DNA of 64,000 bases, taken from the NCBI GenBank assembly GCA_038496445.1, contig JALMLS010000568.1:1-64000 (forward strand), given 5' to 3'. The number at the start of each line of letters is the position of its first letter. Position 1 is the stretch's first letter. The notes beneath the pieces were generated by a model that worked only from the letters and a program-made list of their open reading frames with translations, was not told the origin of the DNA and did no database searches. Position numbers and translations under genes: made by a program. The stretch is from Trichosphaerium sp. ATCC 40318 (taxonomy: Eukaryota > Protista > Tubulinea). Shown in pieces: positions 26,101 to 37,777 of the stretch.

Positions 26101-28909
26101 GCCTGGTAAGTACACGTGCAAACAATTTTTACTTGATTTTGTTTTGTTTTTGTGATGGTTATCCGCTCTTTGACTTTACTGTAGGTCGGTGGTTACGACG
26201 ATTTTGGAGAAGAAGGAAGTTTCGAGTTTGCTCAAATGAAAGCTACTTCAGACGCTGAGAAGGAGTTAGCGGCAGGACGTGAACCTCGTGAAATGTGTCG
26301 TCCTTCAACAGATACAAGAAGCGGGTTTATGGAATCACAAGGTTTGCCTTTTTTTTTTGCATGTTTCTCATAGCGTGAGTCTGCAATCATGATATTAATA
26401 TATCTTTAGGTGCTGGTGTCCAAATCATAACTACTGCTGAAGTTGCAATCAAAATGGGTACTTGTGGTTTAAACTGAAGGTTGTTTTTATTAATAGTGAG
26501 TTATAGGTCTTCCAATATATGCTATTCTAGCTCTAGTTAACACTGCAACTGATAAACAAGGAAGGAGTGTACCTGCTCCAGGACAAGGTATTCTAACTAC
26601 TGCTCGTGAACGACCATTAAGCTTGGCACATCCAATGTTGGGTATGTAACTGTTTTGAAGAAAAACTTCGCAAGTAACACGATTTAGATATTGAGTACAG
26701 AAAGCGACTTCTTGATCAAGAGAAGGAAAAAATATCTTCATGGAAGGAGAAGGAGTTAGCATACTTTAAAGAAAAGGTTGTAGAGCAGTCAAAGACCAAA
26801 TCATTATCAGCGGCAGATGCAACTAGGGTAACTATTCTTTTTTTTCCTTTATTTTTCTTATCTTCTTTGCTTGTGTACTGTTGTTCTAAGTTCTTTCTGT
26901 TTAGCTATCTGAAGATAACAAAGCTGTTGTTGATCAATTAGCCAAGAGAAAGCTTCGTGCTGCTTATGATTGTTACGGTAATGGCTTCTATACGCAAGAC
27001 AATACAATAGCTCCACTTCGTGGTGCACTTGCTGTGTATGGACTAACTATTGATGATTTGGCTGTTGCGTCATTCCATGGAACTGGAACAAAGCTTAACG
27101 ACCTAAATGAAACACAAGTACTTCAAGCTCAACTGGAGCATCTCGGTAGAACAAAGGGCAACATCATATTTTCGATATGGCAGAAGCACCTAACAGGACA
27201 TCCTAAGGTACAAACTTTTTCTTCTTCTTCTTCGAAAAATTTCTCTCTCTTGCAAAACCGATTCTCTTTTGCTTGTTCTTCAACAACAAAACAAACATGT
27301 TCTGTGACTGATTTTGAGAGTTTGTACATCAATTTAGAAGGTCTTTTGAAGCAATTGTTTGAAAAATCAATCAATTTTTTTTAATTCATTTTGTTGTTTG
27401 TCTTTCTCGGTTGCAATAGTCTTACGTACTGTTAAATAGGGCGCTGCAGCTGCATGGATGTTGAATGGTTTGATACAAAGTATGCTTTCAGGAACAGTAC
27501 CTGGTAACAGGAACTGTGATAATGTAGATAGAGAGTTAAAGAGTTGTGATCATGTTGTTTTCTTGAACAAGTCTTTGCAGACATATGGTTTCAAAGCTGG
27601 TATACTAAAGAGCTTTGGATTCGGTCAAGTTGGCGGTGAGATACTTGTAGTACATCCAAAGTACATTTTCTCCCAGTTAACAGTACGTGAATGATCAAAA
27701 CACTTCAAGAAAGAAAAAAAACAACCAAAACTCGTTTCGTTGTATGTTTGAATGAATAACTCATTTCTGTTAAGGATGAAGAACTATCTGAATACAGTCA
27801 AAAACGTCTTTTACGTGAGCAAGCAGCTTACAGGCATTTCCAAAACGCTATCACAGGTAAGAAAGTTAACAACAGCTAAATACGTTTTCCTTTACTTTTT
27901 TCTTTGAATTTTTTGTTTATTGTTCAATTCCTAACTATGTACCACAGGCAAAGCCAATTTTATTAACGTTAAAAACATACCTCCTTATGGGAAGGATGAT
28001 GAGATGCGTGTTTACCTTGATCCACTCGCAAGAGCTTCATACTCAAAGGCTCATCAAACGTATGTTTTTCTTTTTGCTCCGAAACGTTTGCCACTACTCT
28101 TTGTTGTTTCTTCATTACTTATATTCTCTTGCTCTAGATATACATTTGGAAATGTCAAAAGCTCTCCAAGGAAACGTAAGAGTGCTCCAGAACCTCTTAA
28201 AACGTTACCTGTATCACGTACTCTGAGCAAGACTCAGTCTCATTCGAGTTTGGTTCATTTGGAAGTTATGTTAAGAGAAATGGGTGAAACACAACGCAGT
28301 GCCTTTGACCAGTACGTCATAAAACTACAAGCCGCCTTATCATAGTATATTAACATTAAAAACAGGGGTATCGGTGTAGACGCTCAATCAGTTTCAGAAA
28401 TAGAAGCAAGACTTACTTCAAGTGCTGAGTTTACAACAAGAAACTTTACACCAAGTGAAATAAAGTACTGCCAGTTATCAGCAGATACAACAACAAGCTT
28501 TGCAGGTAAGCAATCAATTCATCATCATCTCCTAAACACAACCTCCAAACAACCTCTCACACCAACCTTTGTCCTGTAAAGTCTCAAGCTATTGTTTCAT
28601 TGAAACATTTCAGTTTTTTTTTGTTTATCATCTATGTGTCACAGGACTCATTTTTTAATAGGTCGATGGGCTGCTAAAGAAGCTGTTGTTAAAGCAATGA
28701 GCTCTTGTGATGAAAAAGCAAAGTCTATGTGGCTTGGAGGCGGTGCACCATTGATCGATATTGAGATTCTTCCTGGAGCTTCAGGTGCTCCTGTTGTACA
28801 CCTTCATGGTCATGCAAAGGCTGTAGCCCAAGCACTTAATGTCACAAAGGTTAAAGTATCTATAAGCCATAGCGGAGAATACGCTGTAGCACAGGCATCA
28901 GCAAGATAG
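11168..28909 (+). CDS. FAS: Single-chain fungal-type type I fatty acid synthase (FAS1+FAS2 fused): AT-ER-DH-MPT-ACP-ACP-KR-KS-PPT; more than 50 introns
   Basis: AT GHSQG (~12700); ER VAGMTPT and [12 protein letters not shown] (~14690); [10 protein letters not shown] (~18120); MPT GHSLGEY (~19152) continuing into [13 protein letters not shown] with no stop or restart; two GGKSALQNE ACPs; [13 protein letters not shown] and PLSPNHG; [27 protein letters not shown]; PPT GIGVD...[12 protein letters not shown]...SISHS. The start codon is the best guess. Confidence 0.95.
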
Positions 28910-29047
28910 TAATAAATAAGCGACAGCAGCACAGAATGTTTTTCGAACAAAAAAAAAAAGTTCAATAAAAAAACACTTGTAAAGAACAGCTTCTCACTTA
29001 AGGGCTAACTTAAGGCATAATAATCTCATTCCTAGTGACTTGTAATC

Positions 29048-30091
29048 ATGAGCTTCTCCGGTATTTCGATTGATCAAGCATTCAATCACTATCGTAGTAA
29101 CCACCCAGAAGAATTCAAACAGGTTATGGAAGAGCAAAGAGAAATATTCACAAAACAACTTGAAACTACTCTAAATATCGTAAACAGCAGCATTATAAAA
29201 CAACTAGATGATATTCTGTTAAAACAAACGCACACGTCGTTAAAACAAGCGAACAAGATCGAATTCCTTACCGAAACCAATGAATCAGCTCCAAAACTAA
29301 AACAGCTGCTTCAAGAGTAAGCACACAAGTGATTTCTGTCTTTCGCTGAATTTGAACTGTTTGAACTTGTTTCTGCCTAACAATAACTCTAGTACACCTT
29401 TGATATCGAGGGACAAAGAACGAAACCTGATGGACTTTCCTCCAGAGGTTATTTCGAATATTCTACATCATACAGAAGCAAAAACAAGGTTTTCTGTTGC
29501 TCAATCATGTCACCTGATGGCCGACATCATTCACCGTATTGTTGGATACAAAGAAGTTGTCTTTCAAAAATCTCAGATATTTTAAGGATAAGAGAGTACA
29601 AGGGTATAATGAGCAACACTGAAATTTACTTAGATGAGTATTTACAAAATCACACTATATACTCATTGTTATATGGCTGTAAACATATTGATGCATCTAT
29701 GGGTAATATCAATGATCGTGATCTTGAAGACCTTGCAGGAGTTCATTCAATTGATCTTAGTTCTTGTGATCATATTACAGGAGAAGGGATTAAGAATTTG
29801 AAGGGTGTACATACAATTAACCTTGCGTACACTGCAGTTACAGATGAAGGCATCAAATCACTCAAAGGTGTTCATACAATTGACCTTAATGAGTGTTTTT
29901 ATATTACAGATGAAGGGATTAAGGAGTTGAAGGGCTTTCATAGAATTGCTCTTAATGATACATCAGTTACAGATGAAGGTGTAAAGGAGTTATGTGGTGC
30001 GGATTATATTAGTCTTATTGGGTGTGATGAAGTCACAAATGAATGCATCAGATCGCTTCGAGAAGCCTCAGTAACAGTGAGAAGTCGCTAA
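29048..30091 (+). CDS. F-box/LRR protein with a helical N-terminal exon; one frameshift at an A-run (~29570)
   Basis: Exon 1 (29048-29316), a phase-2 intron, then F-box LMDFPPEVISNILH and GVHTIxL...ITDEGIK repeats. One extra A in caaaaa joins the two ORFs (FQKISDILR). Confidence 0.8.
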
Positions 30092-30376
30092 AGCCAACTG
30101 TGTTCTATTTAATTATTGTTGATTTCTTACTTGTGGGTAGAATGTACATCCAAGCAAGTTTGTAGTTTGATCAACATAAAAGTACACGCTTTCGTTGTAG
30201 GAGACTGGAGACATTGCCTAAATTGCTTCTACTTTGTCTGTGGGCTATTCACATCTACGCTTTTACAACAAAGTGGTCTTAATAACACTGAGTGAATCTA
30301 GAGAAACACAATGTTAACAAAATTTATTTTTTTAAGAAACAACAACATGACTTTATTATCTGTTTTAGTAATGGGT

Positions 30377-32314
30377 TTACAAAGCATTTATCTTTGCCAC
30401 CACTAAGTCTCTTATGTGTCCCATATCTTCAACCTCATTTTTAGGTGCTAGCCCACTTGCGCTGTCATTAATCTCAAGGATATAATCTACAACAGTTAAT
30501 CAATTACACAACAACAAAAGTAACATAATCTGATTGGTCCAAAAAAAAACCAAAAGAAAAAAGGTATGGTGACTTGTTGACTTACTGTTTCCATCTTTTG
30601 TATGGATAGCATCTACAGTGAATATATCCATTCCTAAAGAATTCATAATGTAAGTGATAAAGGCATCAACAAGTACTAAGGAAACAGCAACAAAAAAAAA
30701 TTATGATTGCGTTTTTGTTTTTCTCAAGTTTTCTTGATATTTCAAACGACTTGACAAACAGCGTATCTGTCAAACTCAATTGTTGACTAAACATATGATA
30801 TTAACTGAAGACGTACCACCAAATAGTTTGGCTACCTCATCAGTCCATAATTGATACTCTGGTGTTACTTTGATTTCAGTTAAAATACAATTGCCTACAT
30901 TTCCTTTCCAATTTGCATTGACACGTTTATAAGCTCGCACATGATCACCTATACGCTGAATTCTAAGATCATATTCTCTTTCAGGAATATACTTTTCTAC
31001 AGTCACATAATCCTTATGTAAAGCGAGAACACTATTCAACATTAATAACAAAACAAACAAATTAAAAAAACAGAAAAAAACGGTAGGAACATTTCTTCAA
31101 GTAAAACCAAAGCACGTGATATTCGTAGTATGCTGTGAGAGATATTAACTGATTATATAAAAAAATATTGATGCTGTTACAAACCAAGACTGGTTAGGTA
31201 ATGCGCAGTACCTTCTCATATCGGCCATGTGTTCATTTGTATCGAATTTTATTTTACCATATCCTGCTTCAGCGTATCCAACCTACAACAGATTTAAACG
31301 TAAAAGACTAACCTAAATTCGGTTATATACCTTTACAACAAGTGGAGGGTCTGGAGTAAACATCATACCTTTGTGCACGTGTCAGAAATCAAAACAGAAA
31401 ATAAAATAGACATCAAGAAAAACGTGTTGCTGAGAAGTCTGCTTACCGTTTGCATGGGAATAGTACGATTGGTTTATGAGATTAAACTTTTTACCAAGTC
31501 TTTTATGAATACGTTGAAGCGCTGCTGTTACTACAGGTCTCTTCAAGAAGTCAGTAATCCGAAATCAAAGGCGAATCGAAAAATGGCAAAAAAAAAAAAA
31601 AAAAAAGAAAGAATACCTCAAGACATTGATGAACAGCTTCAAGGCTATTAACAGCAGGAATATTTGCAAACATTAAACCGTATAAAGCATTTGTATAGTC
31701 ATCATCCCTAAAGAAAACAAATGTCAGGCGAAGATTAAAATAGATTTTCTCTGAATTTTGTTCAACCAGGTATGGTCGTTCTGCGAGCTTTTATGCTTCA
31801 ACAAGTTAACGTACTGCGTTACAAGTCCACGCACTAGCTTTCTAACAAGTACAAAGTCCGGTTGAAATACTCTGTACTGATTTTCGTCTGTATTCGGCAA
31901 AGGGTCCTTAATATACCGTCAGCATAATAAAGTCAATGTTTAGACGCCGTTGGTGTCACCTTATTCGGTTTCATGTTTACAGTAACCCTTCCAGTGTGTA
32001 AATCGGACGTCACTATCATGTTTTCCCACCTCACCTTCTTTATAACGATCTAAACGGCGGTTTGAATAAAAATACCGTTAACGAAGACTGTTTACGCATT
32101 TACCTTACGTCCAGATGCTGTTGAAACACCATCAAAGCATTTATACCAATCTTTGTTGTCAGAATCTTATAAACGGTAAATGGAGGGTATTATATTACTG
32201 AGTACCTATAACCAACACTTTGAAAGGCTTAGGAGCCTTCCCTTGCTTTTGGGCTGTAGCCGCGTTATTACTTGCTTTACTTGCTTTCTTTTTACTACTG
32301 AACATGTCGAACAT
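30377..32314 (-). CDS. Synapsin-like ATP-grasp protein (synapsin C-domain only), multi-exon
   Basis: Spliced motifs KVLVID...DWYKCF, FQPDFVLVR, GLMFANIPAVNSL, PLVVKVGYAEAGYGKIK, EYDLRIQRIG..RAYKR..NWKGNVG, FGGMDIFTVDAIHTKDG.DYILEINDS match the synapsin C domain. Confidence 0.88.
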
Positions 32315-32545
32315 TTGCAAAATGGAAAGGTGGAGTTAATGGCTTAGGCGAACTGGCGTGAATGGTGGGTTAAACCCTTCATTGAATATGATTCGTTGCA
32401 AAAGTTTTCGAAACACGAAATAAGCGTGTATTTACATTATTGCGACTTGCAATCGGACTCCCGTAACCCGCTGGTAAAAAAAGTCAATTTCGGTCGTGGT
32501 CACGTGATACTTTCGGTAGAACGCGTTACACATCTTACGTAGGGT

Positions 32546-34018
32546 ATGAATGGAACGTGTATTAAGGTATGGCCACTCTCTAAAGAGTGTAGCGGTCAAG
32601 GTACATGCATAAACAACACGTATTGTATTTGTGATAGCGGGTACGTCTTTTACACGCTCTAGAGTGCACTGACACGCTTTTCTTGCCCCCTCCACGTATG
32701 TGTGATGTTACTGGGCTAAATCTTTTATTTTCCTTCAATAAACCGTCCATAGAACATTGTGGATGCTTGTTTACTATCACGGTTATCTCACCAATAATAG
32801 TTGGAGTGGAGATGGAGTGAGTTTGGACTTCAGGGATGAATTTGGCCGCGATCATGCTTGTACAACTAGCAAAGTGGGCGTTATAGTCTTGTATTCTGTT
32901 GCACTTTTATTCGGATTACTGCCCTTCTACGTTGCAATGTACCGACTATGGAACCTTTATCCTTTCAAACTGAAGGACTTTTTTATACTCAATAATAATC
33001 ACTCATTGTTTGCAATAACGATGCTCATGTGCGCAGGTACTCATGGCTACACTTGCACATATTTAACAAGGTTTGACCTTTTAGCTGGAGGACTTGGGTG
33101 TACCTTTATTATTGGAGGATATAGAATGACAAGAGATATCGTACCTGCTATTTTATTGATTGTGGGATTATTGGCATTTGCTGCTTTTCATTTTGTATTG
33201 TCTCTACGACTTATACGGTAATACTACCTGTTTATTTTGTATACTAAAGTCAATATCTACGTATAGAGTAGTGCGTACAATACCGGGAGACAATAGACAC
33301 GTTAAACTCTGGTTCATATTGTTAAAAAGTAGTTCATCACTCATTAGTGTTTTTTTGGCCTTTGCTGGACCTCTCACAATATACATTCTAGCTGATGAAC
33401 GCATCAGATGTACGTTTTGAAAAGCGCACGATCTCCCAAAACAATTTGTTTCAAAAGACTAGTAGACTAGACGTTGCTTTTTTAAAACAATTTTTTTGCC
33501 TTTGTTCTACATTACCACGTGATTACCGCGACTGAAAGAAGGAACAATATCACCACTTTGTTGCGTTCTATTAATAACAGTGCTTAGTTTTCTTTACTGG
33601 CTATATCGCTGCATCTATTTTCTTCAGCAATATACCAAATATTATTATTGCATTCACTCTTGCAAATAGAATAATCAAAGGCCTCAAGGAAAGTGCAAAG
33701 TTATCAGGAGATATTGAAATAGTACAAGGTACAATAGATAAATTTATTCATCTACGAAGAGCTACTGTCATTCCACTACTAGCCTTAATAATTATAACTG
33801 GTCTAATGTTGATTTTCATTGTACTTCTTGACTATATTTTTGCTTTGGGATATCTCCTATGCTCAATGTCTTGTGCACGTATTGTTTATATAGTACTAGC
33901 ACCAAAAGACACTGAACTTGTACTTAAAAAGAAGAAACAACAAGTCATCTCAATAGCAAAAGGTGTGAGACACGGAAAAAAAGGAGAAAATCGAACTGGA
34001 CAAAAAATAAATACTTGA
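32546..34018 (+). CDS. Seven-transmembrane receptor-like protein with an N-terminal EGF-like module
   Basis: Exon 1 MNGTC...ECSGQGTCINNTYCICDSG spliced (32641-32800) to WSGDG..., then seven hydrophobic segments over several exons with a polar loop before TM6 and a basic tail. Confidence 0.75.
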
Positions 34019-34070
34019 AATTTATAAGTTGTATTACAGACAATCGGAAGCCAGGTCAATATCTCTACAG

Positions 34071-34319
34071 TTAGACATCACAGCAACAACAAAGACAGTG
34101 ATCAAAAAATCCTGAACATTGATCTTCGTTATCGTCCAGCTGCAATGCACAACAACAGTTGTGATAACGCCACGGTTCGTCGTCTTCCTCTGCGTATATA
34201 CAACATATTGTAACAGGCCAAATACAACATAAACATGACCATAGAAGTCCTGGGCCATGGTGACAGGCGCAGCATTCATACCAACTCAGTTTACTTTCTT
34301 TTGAACATTTCTCCCCCAT
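34071..34319 (-). CDS. Small Cys-rich protein (18 Cys in 82 aa)
   Basis: ATG in A-rich context; CC/CCC/CCCC clusters; acidic patches; ends CLCCCCDV. Confidence 0.6.
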   Translation of the reverse strand: MGEKCSKESKLSWYECCACHHGPGLLWSCLCCIWPVTICCIYAEEDDEPWRYHNCCCALQLDDNEDQCSGFFDHCLCCCCDV

Positions 34320-34780
34320 TTTCCTTTTTTTAGTGTATTATACACGTCTGTAGCGCTAATGTTACTCTCCGAAACGTTTTTAAGACGATATGCCGTACCT
34401 ATTGTCAAAACGTATTGTATATGTGCCGATGATGTCCTATCGGTTAGAATATATGGCTATGGTGTAATTACAGGCTAAAGAGGTTCACTAAATCCCTCTT
34501 CTAGTTAGCTAAAGTACGAAAGTTAAAATTGTTAAAAATAGATCAACTTAAATGTCGTATCTAGCAAAATATTTTCCTATATAAACCATTCAAACACAAA
34601 GAGCACAATTTCTTGTACGAGACAGTTGTCATTTTATCATGAATAGCATTATTTGAACGAGATTATTCGACTTGAAATGTAAAAAATTGTTAGGTAACAT
34701 TATTCGTACTTACGAAAGGGTAACTCTAACAAACAACAATGTTTTACAATTGCTGCGTTCAAAATGAAAAAGAATAGTTC

Positions 34781-35040
34781 CATTTAAACGTTTCCGCTAC
34801 TGTATGGGCTTTACGTGCGTAGGAGAGCCACTTTAGACTATTTGTATGCGTTTCAGGAGGGTTGTGAGCGACAGGCAAAAAGCCGAAAACGGTGCGAGTT
34901 TTCTTTGTAAAAAGCGCTCCAACATGCCAAAAAATGACAACAAATGCTACAGCTGAAAACTGTGCGAGCTTTCTTTGTAAAACACGCTCAAAATGACAGA
35001 AACTCGCACAGTTTTCGGCTTTTTTGCCGCAAGCGGAAGT
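34781..35040 (+). mobile_element. MITE-like element, copy A
   Basis: Ends catttaaacgtttccgct ... agcggaagt; internal motif gccgaaaacNgtgcgagtt present twice direct and once inverted; inverted homologue at 37159-37460. Confidence 0.75.
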
Positions 35041-36147
35041 AGACGATCCAGTTCTTGACTAGTTTTGACACCGAGTGCAAAGGAAAAAGTACTTGAAATT
35101 ATACAATGCAAACTTGTTGTTGCTTTTGGTTTTCGAGTTTATCCAGATCCGACTGATCTTGCGTTACAAGATCAAATTGTTTTGAACTACGTAACTATCA
35201 TTTGAAAGAATTCCAGAAGCTTGACTTATACTTTGCATGTCTTTGACAAACTCCAAAAAATCTCATATGGAAGTGACATTTACGTTCAAGGAGGAGTAGG
35301 TATAAGAATTGTTTGGATCTATTTTGCAATTGCCGTGCTTAATGAAACAACACTCATTATTTAACTTTTAGCTTGACTTGTTTTTCTCACTAACCTGAGC
35401 TCTATGGTTTAAAGCTTTTTCGTTCTTGAACTAAGAGTATCAAGCGTATCTCAGTCCTGATTTTACCCCTTTGGAGTCAACAAGTTTGAAACCTTTGGTT
35501 TAGCAAACTGCAGCACCAACTTACGTTGCGAATACCAACATTTGCGTACGATGAAACTTTACAGTAGTTATTTGCGTACAATAACTACTGTATTGTTAAT
35601 CTTAGGAGTACGCCATAGTCGATTTAGTTTGGAATATTGAACCTATATAAATACGACGTGATATGTAAGACGGCTAACTTAGTGAGAAAAGTGTAAAGAA
35701 CAAATCCTGACTTTTTTTTTTTGGCGAAAATGGTGAGAACTATCTCCCACGCCCATCCAACAACCCGAAAACAACAAGTAATGAAAGAAACAAGAAAAAC
35801 GCTCCGAATTAGAAAAGGAGTCTACTTGCAATCAGAGCAGTTGTAGAATAACGATCAGCGTCATGTTTTTTGTTCAAACATGCAAAACGATCAGTGAATT
35901 TCATTAACCACTAAAACGCTTTGTGTTTTTAAAAGAACTCATTTATTGCTTCAAAAGAGCCTAACCAAAACGAATATATATCAAAAACACCATCTGTTAG
36001 GTATTCTATCACGTCCACACAGAAAACAAAAAAATGAAAACAACGAAATCTCGCAACAATTGAAATGCACAAAAAGGTTGCCAAGAATTGAAAACTCCTG
36101 TAAAAAAACCTCCTAAATAGGTCACACACAATTGTCACTTCCCAACA

Positions 36148-36903
36148 ATGACACAACAGCTCATTATTCTTCTTTCCCTCGTATGTGTTGCGTTTGCATC
36201 AGTAATCTACACGCCGCTCGCCACCGCTTCAACCCAAACATGCCAAGGATGTCGTAAAGACATGCACTCAGGAAATTTTGTTTACTGTAATGGCTATTAC
36301 GCAGGTTCGACAGTCACCAACTGTGACTGGGTAGGAGGTCCTGGAGAATGTACTTTCCCTAGAGATACCTCTGTTACGAAAGCAGAATGCGAGCAAATGT
36401 GTACTGACGACGTAAGATGTAACTTCTATACAAGTTACTACAATTCTATCTGCAACTTATTCATGATGAACGACTGTACTCTCATCGCAGGAGGTGCTTC
36501 AGGTGATACACTTCAAAAAGAACCAGCAACAGCAGATACCTTTGTCATGACAACAACCGGTACTGGAGCGAGTGATAAAACAGACGGTCAAATTAGATAC
36601 AGATATGTCTATTCCGACAATACAACATCAGACTGGAGTGCTAACATTGATGACACACGCGTTGATGACTTTAAAAGTGGTGCTGTCGACCATTTCTTTA
36701 TGACTGCACCTATCAAAGACCCTGCAAAAACCTTCTCTGGTCTCGAAGTTAAGAACTTCAGCAATGACGGTTGGAGATTCACAAGGTTCTCTGTATACAA
36801 CGGATTTCACTTTTGCTACAATGGTGATGCTTTCATTGACGGAGATAGTGGTAGTGCTAATGTCATTCTTCCAAATAACGGAGATTGCGCTTGTACTGCT
36901 TAA
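36148..36903 (+). CDS. Secreted Cys-rich protein with PAN/apple-like and PLAT/LH2-like domains, intronless
   Basis: Signal peptide; TKAECEQMCTDDVRCNFYT...CNL (PAN-type Cys spacing); TTTGTGASDKTDG...DDFKSGAVDHF...DGWRF (PLAT-type); aataaa right after the stop. Confidence 0.8.
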   Translation: MTQQLIILLSLVCVAFASVIYTPLATASTQTCQGCRKDMHSGNFVYCNGYYAGSTVTNCDWVGGPGECTFPRDTSVTKAECEQMCTDDVRCNFYTSYYNSICNLFMMNDCTLIAGGASGDTLQKEPATADTFVMTTTGTGASDKTDGQIRYRYVYSDNTTSDWSANIDDTRVDDFKSGAVDHFFMTAPIKDPAKTFSGLEVKNFSNDGWRFTRFSVYNGFHFCYNGDAFIDGDSGSANVILPNNGDCACTA

Positions 36904-37158
36904 GAAATAAAGACATTATTTCCCTTTTAATTAAAGCTGTAGTTCAGTTTGTTTTGATAGAGTATGACAGGGACGTGAGCTTACACAAGTTCGATTTCTA
37001 TGAGTAAAACTGTAGAATTCACATGTGTTTTATTTGAAGCTAGGACGTTTTAGTACTGTCATTTTATACCACTACTTCAGTACCTTGTTTAGTGGTTTAT
37101 TGTTAATTCATTTTGCTCAAATGGATTTTAGAGATTATTTAAAGTGTACGTCGGTATC

Positions 37159-37460
37159 CATTTAAACAGTTCCGCTTTGCGGGAAAAAAGCCGAATATTA
37201 TGCGAGTTTCTTGTCATTTGGAGTTTTATTCACGTGCTCTTGGTGATGTGACTTGCACATACTAGGAACCGTGAATTTGCCAAATCTTGCTACTCGATTA
37301 GCATTTCTACACATTGTGATAAAGTAGCGCTTTTTACAAAGAAAACTCGCGCTGTTTTCGGCTTTTTTGCCTCTGTCACAACTCCTGAAACGTGTACAAA
37401 TAGTCGAACTTGGCTTTCCTATGCATGTAAAGCCCATGCAGAGGCGGTAACGTTCAAGTG
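37159..37460 (-). mobile_element. MITE-like element, copy B (inverted relative to copy A)
   Basis: Reverse complement of 37326-37460 aligns with 34781-34918 (about 80% by eye), and 37168-37222 aligns with the reverse complement of 34987-35040. Ends catttaaacagttccgct / gcggtaacgttcaagtg. Confidence 0.75.
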
Positions 37461-37777
37461 TAAGTCGACATGAGTAGTTTGGATGAAGCATCCGTGGTTT
37501 GCAATGAAGCCCACAACTTTCATTTTCGCCATAACTACAACTGAACCTGCCCATCGAGTCGTCATCAAAAAAGTCAACTTTTGTAAACCCAAAAAGTGTG
37601 GATTTCACAATAAAGAACACGTAACTCCCCAATGTCGCAACAACGACGTGCCTTTTCCAACTGTTATGGCAAACGCCCAAAGGAGCGCGTGTTGAAACGG
37701 TCAAACAGAGAATCCATACAGTATGTACTTCATAACATCTGCGATACTGGCAACTAATATTTTTTTGGGCTCAGATT

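Noticed and set aside
10993-27374. Numerous minus-strand and alternate-frame ORFs within the FAS locus
   Set aside because: They are shadows of FAS exons or read-through into introns.
29560-29590. Frameshift in the F-box/LRR gene as programmed frameshifting
   Set aside because: It lies in an A homopolymer and one added A restores the frame; a sequencing error or simple mutation is more likely.
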